From: Mobula hypostoma
Lineage: Eukaryota
Assembly (NCBI RefSeq): GCF_963921235.1
Contig: NC_086097.1
Span: 4,278,001-4,342,000 of the forward strand
Direction of reading: 5' to 3'
DNA length: 64,000 bases
The notes beneath the pieces were generated by a model that worked only from the letters and a program-made list of their open reading frames with translations, made no database searches and was not told where the DNA came from. The first letter of the stretch is position 1; each line of letters begins with the position of its first letter. Below, one piece after another: positions 50,442 to 61,000 of this stretch. The position numbers and the translations under genes are program-made.

Positions 50442-52031
50442 ATAAGACAATAAGACCATAAGATATAGGAGCAGAGGTAGGCCATTTGGCCCATTGATTC
50501 TGCTCCACCATTCACTCATGGGCTGATCCAATTCTTCCAGTCATCCCCACTCCCCTGCCTTCTCCCCATACCCTTTGATGCCCTGGCTAATCAAGAACCT
50601 ACCTATCTCTGCCTTAAATACACCCAGTGACTTGGCCTCCACAGCTGCTTGTGGCAGCAAATTCCACAGATTTACCACCCAAAATAATTTCTCCACATCT
50701 CTGTTCTAAATGTACATCCTTCAATCTTGAAGTTGCGCCCTCTTGACCTAGACTTCTCTACCATGGGAAATAACTTCGCCATATCTAATCTGTTCAGCCC
50801 TTTTAACATTCGGGATGTTTCTATGAGATCCCCCCCCCCCCCGCCCATTCTCCTGAACTCCAGGGAATACAGCCCAAGAGCTGCCAGATGTTCCTCATAT
50901 GGTAACCCTTTCATTCCTGGAATTATTCTTGTGAATCTTCTCTGAACCCTCTCCAATGTCAGTATATTCTTTCTAAAATAAGGAACCCAAAACTGCACAC
51001 AATACTCCAAGTGTGTCTCACGGGTGCCTTATAGAGCCTCAACATCACATCCCTACTCTTATATTCTATACCTCTAGAAATGAATGCCAACATTGCATTT
51101 GCCTTCTTCACAACCGACTCAACTTTAGGGTATCTTGCACAAGGACTCCCAAGTCCCTTTGCATCTCTGTATTTTGAATTTTCTCCCCATCTGAATAATA
51201 GTCTGTCCGTTTATTTCTTCCACCAATGTGCATGACCATACACTTTCCAACATTGTATTTCATTTGCCACTTCTTTGCCCATTCCCCTAAACTATCTAAG
51301 TCTCTCTGCAGGCTCTCTGTTTCCTCAACACTACCCCCTCCTCCACCTAGCTTTGTATCATTGGTGAATTTAGCCACAAATCCGTAGTCCAAGTCATTGA
51401 CACACATCGTAAAAAGCAGCGGTCCCAACACCGACTCCTGTGGAACTCCACTGGTAACCGGCAGCCAGCCAGAATAGGATCCCTTTATTCCCACTCTCTG
51501 TTTTCTGCCAATCGGCCAATGTTCCACCCATGCCAGTAGCTCCCCTGTAATTGCATCGGATCTTATCTTGCTAAGCAGCCTCATGTGCAGCACCTTGTCA
51601 AAGGTCTTCTGAAAATCCAAGTACACCATGTCTACCCTGCTTGTAATTTCCTCAAAAAATTGCAGTAGATTAGTCAGGCAGGATTTTCCTTTCAAGAAAC
51701 CCTTCTGGCTTTGGCCTATCTTGTCAGGTGCCTCCAGGTACTCCGTAATCTCATCCCTAACAATCAATTCCAACAACTTCCCAACCAGTGATGTCAGGCT
51801 AACAGGTCTATAGTTTCCTTTCTGCTGCCTCCCACCCTTCTTAAATAGCGGAGTAACATTTGCAATTTTCCAGTCATCCGGTACAATGCCAGAATCTATC
51901 GATTCTTGAAAGATAATTGTTAGTGCCATCACAATCTCTCCGGCTACTTCCTTCAGAGCCCGAGGGTGCATTCCATCAGGTCCAGGAGATTTATCCACCC
52001 TCAGGCCATTAAGGTTCTCAGTCGTAATTTT
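50442..52031 (-). mobile_element. CR1 (TCTTATGG-tail subfamily) inserted in the 35-bp satellite
   Basis: KSPGPDGMHPR...DWKIANVTPLFKKG...NYRPVSLTS (308-aa ORF). Confidence 0.92.
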
Positions 52032-52153
52032 CACTGCACATACTTCACTTCCCTGACACTCGTGAACAGCATTCTGCTAACAGTTACGCTCCAAACTGTA
52101 ATAGCGTTGTGCTGTTACTGTCTGAGCTGTAATAGCATTATTCTAACAGTTAC

Positions 52154-52802
52154 TGTGGTTAAGAAGGCATACGGTGCATTGGCCTTCATCAATCATGGGA
52201 TTGAGTTTAAGAGCCGAGAGGTAATGTTGCAGCTATATGGGACCCTGGTCAGACCCCACTTGGAGTACTGTGCTCAGTTCTGGTCGCCTCACTACAGGAA
52301 GGATGTGGAAACCATAGAAAGGGTGCAGAGGAGATTTACAAGGATGTTGCCTGGATTGGGGAGCATGCCTTATGAAAACAGATTGAGTGAACTCAGCCTT
52401 TTCTCCTTGGAGCGATGGAGGATGAGAGGTGACATGATCGAGGTATATAAGATGATGAGAGGCATTGATCGTGTGGATAGTCAGAGGCTTTCTCCCAGGG
52501 CTGAAATGGTTGCCACAAGAGGACACAGGTTTAAGGTGCTGGGGAGTAGGTACAGAGGAGATGTCAGGGGTAAATTTTTTATGCAGATAGTGGTGAGTGC
52601 GTGGAATGGGCTGCCGGCAACGGTGGTGGAGGCGGATACGATAGGGTCTTTTAAGAGACTTTTGGATAGATACATGGAGCTTAGAAAAATAGAGGGCTAT
52701 GTGTAAGCCTAGTAAATTCTAAGGTAGGGACATGTTCAGCACAACTTTGTGGGCTGAAGGGACTGTATTGTACTGTAGGTTTTCTATGTTTCTATGTTTC
52801 TA
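52154..52802 (+). mobile_element. Young CR1 (TTTCTATG tail) inserted in the satellite
   Basis: Open frame VVKKAYGALAFIN...RLLDRYME. Confidence 0.92.
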
Positions 52803-55486
52803 TGTTACTCTCCAAACTGTAACAGCGTTGTGCTAACTGTTCCACTCTGAGCTGCAATAGTGTTCGGCCAGCTGTTAGATTCCGAACTGTAACAGCATTG
52901 TACTAACTGTTGCACTCCGATCTGTAACAGCATTGTACTAACTGTTGCACTCCGATCTGTAACAGCATTGTACTAAATGTTACTCTGTGAAATGTAACAG
53001 CATTGTGCTAACTTCTCCACTCTGAGCTGTAAGTTTTCTGCTAATTCTTACTCTCCGAACTTCAATAGTGTTCTGCTAACTGTTACACAATAAGCTGTAA
53101 CAGCATTGTGCTACCTGTTGCACTTCAATCTAGAACAGTGTTGTGATAACTGTTACTCTCTGAACTGTAACAGTATTGTGCTAACTGTACCACTCTGAGC
53201 TGTAATAGTGTTCGGCTAACTGTTACTCTCTGAACTGTAATTGCATTGTGCTAACTGTTACTCTACAAGCTGTAATAATGTTGTGCTAACTGTTACACTC
53301 TGAGCTGTAACAAGGTTGTGCTTTCTGTTACACTCTGAGCTGTAGTAGTATTCAGCTAACTGTTATACTCTGAACTGTAACAGCATTGTGCTAACTGTTA
53401 CTCTCCGATCTGTAAAGGCATTGTACTAAATGTTACTCTGCGAAATGTAACAATGTTGTGCTAAGTTTTCCTCTCTGAGCTGTAATAGTTTTCTAACTGT
53501 TACTCTCCGAACTTTAATAGTGTTGTGCTAACTGTTACACACTAAGCTGTAACAGTGTTGTGCTAACAGTTACACTCTGGTCTGTAACAGCTTTGTGCTA
53601 ACTGTAACTCTCTGAACTGTAAGAGTGTTGTGCTAACTGTTACTCTCCAAGCTGTAATAATGCTGTGCTAACCTTTACACTCTGAGCTGTAATAATGTTG
53701 TGCTATCTGTTACACTCTGAGCTGTAACAGTGTTGTTCTGTTACTCTTCAAGTGTAATAACGTTGTGCTCAATGTTACATTGTGAGTTGTAACAGCGTTG
53801 TGCTAACAGTTACTCTTCAAACTGTAATAATGTTGTCCTAACAGTCCATTCCAACCTGTAAAAGCATTGTGCTTATTGATACTCTCCGATCTGTAACAGC
53901 ATTGTGCTAACTGTTACACTTCAAGTAGTAATAAGACCATAAGACCATAAGATATAGGAGCAGAAGTAGGCTATTCGGCCCATCTAGTCTGCGAAATTTA
54001 AGTGTTGTGCGAACTGTTACTGTCCTGAGCTACAACAGTGTTGTGCTGTTACTCTCCGAGCTGTAATAATGTTGTGCTCACTGTTATACTGTGAGCTGTA
54101 ACAGTGTTGTACTGTTACAATACAAACTGTAACATTGTTGTTACACTCCTATCCTCAATGTGTTAACTGTTAGACCCCAAACTGTAACAGTGTTTTGCTA
54201 AGTGTTACTGTCTGAACTGGAACAGCATTATGCTAATTGTTTCATTCTGAACTGCAGAGGCATTGTGCTGTTACTCTCTGAGCTGTAACAACATTGTGCT
54301 AACTGTTCTCTCAGAACTGTAACAGCATTGTGCTAACAGTTAATCTATGAGCTGTAACAGTGTTGTGCTAGCTGTTCCACTCTGAGCTGTAATAGGGTTC
54401 TGTTAACTGTCACTCCCCGAGCTCTACTAGTGTTTTGCTAACTGTTCCATTCCGAGCTGTAAATGGGTTCAGTTAACTGTTACTCTCTGAACTGTGCTAT
54501 AGTTTTGCTAACTGTTACTCTCTGAGCTGTAATAACATTGTGTTAACTGTTACACTCCGAACTGTAACAACGTTGTGCTGTTACTCTCCAAGTGTAATAA
54601 CATTGTGCTAACTGTTGTTCTCCAATCTGTAACAGCATTGTGCTAACTCTTACTCTCCGAGCTGTATCAACATTGTACTAACTGTTACTCTCTGAGCTGT
54701 AATAATGTTGTGCTAACTGTTACACTCCGAGCTGTAACAGCATTGCGCTAACTGTTCCGCTCTGAACTGTAACAGTAAAGTGCTCACTGTTAGACTCTGA
54801 ACTGTAACAGTTTTGTGCTGTTACCCGCCAAGCTGTAACAGCGTTGTGCTAACAGTTCCACTCTGAGCTGTAATAGTGCTCAACCAACTGTTACTCTCCA
54901 AACTGTAACAGTAATATGTTAACTGTTACTATTAGAACTGTAAAAGCATTGTCCTAACTGCTACTCTCTGAACTGTACAGTGTTGTGCTATCTGTTCCAC
55001 ACTAAGCTGTAACAGCATTTTCTAACTGTTACACTCCAAGCTGTAACAGTATTGTGCTAACTGTTACCCTCTGAGCTGCAACATCATTGTGCTATATGTT
55101 ACTCTCCAAGTTGAAACGGCATTGTGGTTACTGTTTCACTCCGAAATGTAACAGCAATGTGTTATCTGTTACACTCTGAACTGTAACTGTTGTGCTAACT
55201 TTTATTCTCCATACTGAAACAGTATTGTGCTAACTGTTCCATTCCAGACTGTAACAGCATTGTGCTAACTGTTCCATTCCAGACTGTAACAGCATTGTGC
55301 TAACTGTTCCATTCCAGACTGTAACAGCATTGTGCTAACTGTTCCATTCCAAACTGTAACAGCATTGTGCTAACTGTTACTTTCTGAACTGTAACAGTGT
55401 TGTTCCAACTGTTACATTTGAGCTGTAATAGCATTCTGCTAACGGTTACTCACTGAATTGTGACAGCACTGTGCTGACTGTCCCAC

Positions 55487-55972
55487 TGTCAGGGCGCTGG
55501 AGCAGAGATCCGACTGCAGACCCAGTACTGTGAGATTAATTGAGTAACAAATCCCGAGGTGCAATCAAAGTTCACGTCAAAGCTCAGGCAGAAATCAAAA
55601 CATCCAGAGAAACCCAAAAACCAGAATTGGGAAAGAGGCAGAGTCGATATTCAGATGGACAGAGTTCAGATACAAATGCCGGAAAAGCTCAGGAAAACTC
55701 ACTGGCACAATCTGGCAGCAAACAGGTGAAAACACAGGACTGAAATACACTGAGCGATAAACAGAGAGGCAGATGATAGGTGGAGCACAATGAGACACAG
55801 GTGGCAGAAATACAGGTAATAATGGGAAACAGGTGAGAGACAGAGTACTCAGTAATACAGGGGCCGAAGTAGAGCAGGAGCGGGGACAGGAGCACATGGC
55901 AATACAAAACTATAGACTGACAGCTAGGGGGAAAACACACACTAAGACAGAGTTCAGCTGGAGGTACTGACA
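55487..55972 (-). repeat. 3' LTR (486 bp) of the Gypsy element
   Basis: TGTCAG...CTGACA inverted termini. A purine-rich tract (GGCGGGGCGGGAGGG on the minus strand) lies immediately upstream at about 55976-55991. Confidence 0.88.
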
Positions 55973-58578
55973 GTACCCTCCCCGCCCCGCCTCTACGGAC
56001 ACCTCCTGGCATCATGGCAGGTAGAGCTGAGTGATGGTAATGAAAGTCCCTGATGAGAGAGGGGTCCAGAATGTTACCGGCGGGGACCCAGCACCTCTCC
56101 TCAGGACCGTAGCCCTCCCCGTCCACAAGGTACTGGAGGCCACAGCCCCAGTGACAAACGTCCAGCAGTTGGCGCACCGTGAAGGCCTCTGACCCATTGA
56201 TGAGCTGTGGAGGAGGGAGGTTTTGGGGACAGGACACAGGGGGTGGCTCATGAAAGGCTTGACGCGTGACACATGGAAGGTGGGATGAATGCGGCGGAGA
56301 GTGGGGGGAGCTTGAGATGGACAACAGCAGGGCTGATGACTTTAGCAATGGGAAAGAGGCCGATGAAGCGAGGGGTGAGCTTGCAGGAATTCACCTTGAG
56401 GGGCAGGTCTCAGGTGAAAGCCACACATGCTGTCCCTGGTGGTAACGTGGGGCCTTGGAGTGATGGCAGCCAGCTTGACACTTGATCCTAGCAGAGACAC
56501 AGAGAAGGGCAGAGTGAGTGCGCCTCCACGTCTGCTGACAATGCCTCGGCAGATGGAACGCCAACCTCCTCCTCCTGGGCAGGAAACAGTGGAGGTTGGT
56601 AGCCAAGGCGGCACTTGAAAGGGGACAGACCGGTGGATGAGGACAGATGAGAGTTGATGGCGTATTCGGCCCAGGGTAGCTGCTGACTCCACGTGGAGGG
56701 GTTCTGGGAGACCAGACACTGCAATACTGTCTCTAGCTGTTGGTTGGCCCGCTTGGTCTGGCTGTTGGTCTGTGGGTGGAATCCTGGAGACTGACTCACA
56801 GAGGCACCCAGAAGATTACAGAATGCCCTCCAGAAGTTGGATGTGAATTGACAGTCCCTGTCTGACACAACGTCTACAGGTAAACCATGTAATTTAAAAA
56901 CATGTAGTACTAGTAATTTGGCTGTTTCTTTGGCCAAGGGGAGTTTAGGTAAAGGAATGAAGTGTACAGACTTGGAGAAACGATCAACTACTGTGAGAAT
57001 GGTGGTGTTACCTTCTGATGGGGGAAGACCGGTGACAAAATCCAGGGCAATGTGGGATCAGGGTCTCTTGGGGATAGACAGACCAGCAGGTGACCGGTTA
57101 GAGTTCTTGCCTTGAGCACAGACCGAACAGGCTGAGACAAAGTTGAGGATGTCATCTCCCATGGAGGGCCACCAGAACCGCCAACTGATGAAGGCCTGAG
57201 TAGACTTGGTTCCAGGGTGACAGGATAACCGGGAAGAATGACCCCACTGCAATACCTGTGGGCGGACAGAGCTGGGAACATAAACACGGTTAGTGGGGCA
57301 TTGACTAGGGGCTGCCCCGCTCTGTCGAGCAGCTTGCACAATGAATTCAATGTCCCATTGCGCTGCACCCAGGAGACAGTGAGCAGGGAAGATGATATTG
57401 CATACCTCAGGGGTCTCAGAGGCAGGAAATCTTCGGGAGAGGGCATCAGGTTTTCCATTCTTGGAAATGGGGTGAAGGACAGAGTAAAATTGCATTTGAA
57501 AAAAACAGGGACCAACGAGCTTGACGGGAGTTGAGATGCTTGGCTGTATGGATATCTTCCGGATTCTTGTGATCAGTCCGGACTAAGAATGGCACCTTTG
57601 CTCCCTCCAGCCAATGCATCCACTCCTCCAGAGCGAGCTTCACAGCCAGCAGCTCCCGGTTTCCGACATCGTAATTCCACTCCGTGAGAGGAGGCGGTGA
57701 AAGAAGAAGGCGCAGGGGTGTACCTTCTCATCCTTGGCCGAGTGCTGAGAGAGAACAGCTCCTACACCAATGTCAGACGCATTCACCTTCACTATGAACT
57801 GCCTGTCAGTGTCAGGTTGAATCAGGATGGGGGCAGAGGTGAACCGTTCCTTCAGGTCAGAGAATGCTTTTTCAGCAGCAGGGGACCAGGAGAATCTGAC
57901 AGCAGATGAGGTAAGAGCAGCCAGTGTACTGTAATTTCTGATGAAGCGGCAACAGAAATTAGCAAAGCCCAAGAAGCGTGGCAACTCCCGACGAGTCGAA
58001 GGGTGGGGCCATTCGACCACTGTCTTGACCTTCTGTTGGTCCATCTGAATGGAACCGCCTGAAATTACATACCCCAGGAAGGAGATGTTATGGTGATGAA
58101 ACTCACATTTCTCAGCCTTCACAAAGAGCTGGTTCTCCAGAAAGTACGAATGTGACCTGTCTGTTCAGCAAGGGACTTAAATAAAATCAAAATGTCGTTG
58201 AGATACACAAAAACAAATTGCTTCAGCATGTCCCTGAGAACGTCATTTACCAGGGCTTGGAAGATGGCGAGTGCATTGGTGAGAGCAAATGGCATGACCA
58301 GATACTCGTAATGGCCTGAGGTGTGTTGAAGGCCGTCTTCCACTCGTCCCTTTCGCGGATGCGGACAGATGGTAGGCGTTATGGAGATCAAGCTTGGTGA
58401 AAACTGAGGCTCCTTGTAGTAGTTCAAATGCCGAGGTCATGAGTGGAAGAGGGTAATGGTTCTTAACAGTGACTTCATTCAATCCTCGGTACTCAATGCG
58501 TGGACAAAGGAAAAACTGGCACCAGCAGGGGAGGAAGACGGCCGGATGATGCCTGCAGTCAGACACTCTTGGATGTAC
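55487..58578 (-). mobile_element. Gypsy/chromovirus (Sushi-like) LTR retrotransposon, 5'-truncated, frameshifted pol (RT-RNaseH-integrase-chromodomain)
   Basis: [39 protein letters not shown] integrase zinc finger, [16 protein letters not shown], chromodomain [17 protein letters not shown]. Confidence 0.93.
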
Positions 58579-59784
58579 AGTGTTACTCTGTGAACTCTAA
58601 CTGTTACTTTCCGAACTCTAACAGCATTGTGCTAACTGTTCCAGTCCGAAGTGAAACAGTGTTGTGCTAACATTCCATTCCGAACTGTAACAGCATTGTG
58701 CTAACTGTTACTCTCTGAACTGCAAAAATGTTATAACTGTTACTCTCTGAACTGTAACAGCAATGTTTTAACTGTTACACTCCAAACTGTTGCGGTGTTC
58801 TGCTAACTGTTACTCTCCAAGCTGTAACAGCATTGTGCTAATTGTTAGTCTCAGAGCTGCAACAGTGTTGAGCTATCTGTAACTCTCCGAACTGTAACAG
58901 AATTCTGTTAATTGTTGCTCTCTGAAATGTAACAGTGATGTGCTAACTGCTACTCTCCAAACTGTACCAGCATTCAGCTAACTGTTCCACTCTGAGCTGT
59001 GATAGTGTTTGGCTAACTTTTACTCTTCAAACTGCAACAGCTGTTGTGCTGTTACTCTCTGAACTGTAACAGCGTTTTGCTAACTATTACTATCTGAGTT
59101 GTAACAGCATTGTGGTAACTATTCCTCTCGGAACTGTATCAGCAATGTGTTAACTGTTACACTCCAAACTGTAAAGGCGTTGTGCTAACTATTACTCTCT
59201 GAACTGTAACAGCATTGCGTGAACTGTTACTCTCTGAACTGTAAAAACATTGTGATAACTGTTATTTACCAAAATTATGTTGTGCTAACTGTTCCGTACT
59301 AAGCTGTAACAGGTTTTTTCTGTTACAGTCCGAGCTATAACAGCATTCTACTAACTGTTACTCTCTGAACTGTAACAGTGTTGTGCTAACTTTTACTCTC
59401 CAAACTGTTACTGCATTGTGCTATCTGTTACTCTCCGAACTGTAACAGTGTTGTGCCAACCTGTAACAGTGTTGTACCAACTAGTCCATTCCGAACTGTA
59501 AAGGCATTGTGCTGTTACTCTTCGAACTGTAACAGCGTTGTACGAACTGTTCCCTCCAATCTTTAAAAGTGTTGTGATACCTGTTACTCACCGAGCTGTA
59601 ACTGCATTGTGCTGACTGTTACTCTCCGAGCTGTAATAGTGTTGTGCTAACTGTTCCTTTCTGAACTGTAACGGCATTGTGCCAACTGTTCCAGTCTGAA
59701 CTGTAACGGTGTTGTGCTAAATGTTCTATTCGGAACTGTAACAGTGTTGTTCTAACTGTTAGTCTCCCAGCTGTAACAGCATTG

Positions 59785-61000
59785 GAGTGTATGGGGTGTC
59801 AGGGAGGGGTAGCACCTCTGGTGGGGGAACATATCGCGTCCTTTTCAAAGCGGTTAGTCCACCTTTGGTCCCCACCTGGCAGTCAGCTCTCACCTGTGGC
59901 TCGTCGTAGCTGTTTGCATGTGACAGCGGCCATACCCCAGGCAACGGCTTCAACAAGCCGTCTAAACCAGGTAGCCAATGGGTCTCAAACCCTCGGTGAG
60001 ATAAGGAGTTGTCTATCCCAGCATGTGAAGACAGACTCCGGCGGATCGAGTCGACGAGACCAATGGAAGGTCCAACGGTCAAGAAGGCAGACTCTGCAAG
60101 TGTTGTAGAACGTGTAGAGCATGATAAGACACAGCAGATGTCCTGGTCATCCACTGCGCCTAGTCCCATCTCCAGCCATCTCGACTCTGTCTTGCCACTG
60201 GATCCAGATGGGAATTGGGAAGAGTTCAATTGTGTCCAGTTCTGGTCGCCTCACTGTAGGAAGGATGTGGAAGCATTGGAAAGGGTACAGAGGAGATTTA
60301 CCAGGATGCTGCCTGGTTTAGAGAGTATGGATTATGATCAGAGATTAAGGGAGCTAGGGCTTTACTCTTTGGAGAGAAGGAGGATGAGAGGAGACATGAT
60401 AGAGGCATGCAAGATATTAAGAGGAATAGACAGGGTGGATAGCCAGCACCTCTTCCCCAGGGCACCACTGCTCAATACAAGAGGACATGGCTTTAAGGTA
60501 AGGGGTGGGAAGTTCAAGAGGGATATTAGAGGAAGGTTTTTTACTCAGAGAGTGGTTGGTGCGTGGAATGCACTGCCTGCGTCAGTGGTGGAGGCAGATA
60601 CACTAGTGAAGTTTAAGAGACTACTAGACAGGTATATGGAGGATTGTAAGGTGGGGGGTTATATGGGAGGCAGGGTTTGAGGGTCGGCACAACAATGTGG
60701 GCCGGAGGGCCTGTACCTTTCTATGTTCTATGTTCTAAGAGAGTGTGAGGCTGACGCTGCGCAACTCTCCCTCACTTAAGTCCAAATCAAGTGCTAGTCT
60801 CGACACCATCATATAGCTGGCTGGTGGCATAGTGGCATCAGTGCTGGACTTCGGGGCAAGAGGTTCTGAGATCGAATCCGGCCAGCTCTCATGCATGCTC
60901 TACTTCCGTGCTGGGTTGAGCATCGAGCTAGCAACTTGACCTCATAAAAAGTACTAATTGCGTCAAAGTCTTCATCAATAACAATGGACAAACCTTATCT
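59785..61000 (+). mobile_element. Composite insert in the satellite: RTE-like non-coding element (59785-60812) containing a CR1 (60225-60736), followed by a tRNA-SINE (60813-60950)
   Basis: CR1 flanked by AAGAG (60220-60224 and 60737-60741). SINE A box TGGCATAGTGG, B box GATCGAATCC. Satellite TAACAGCATTG on both sides of the whole insert. Confidence 0.75.
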
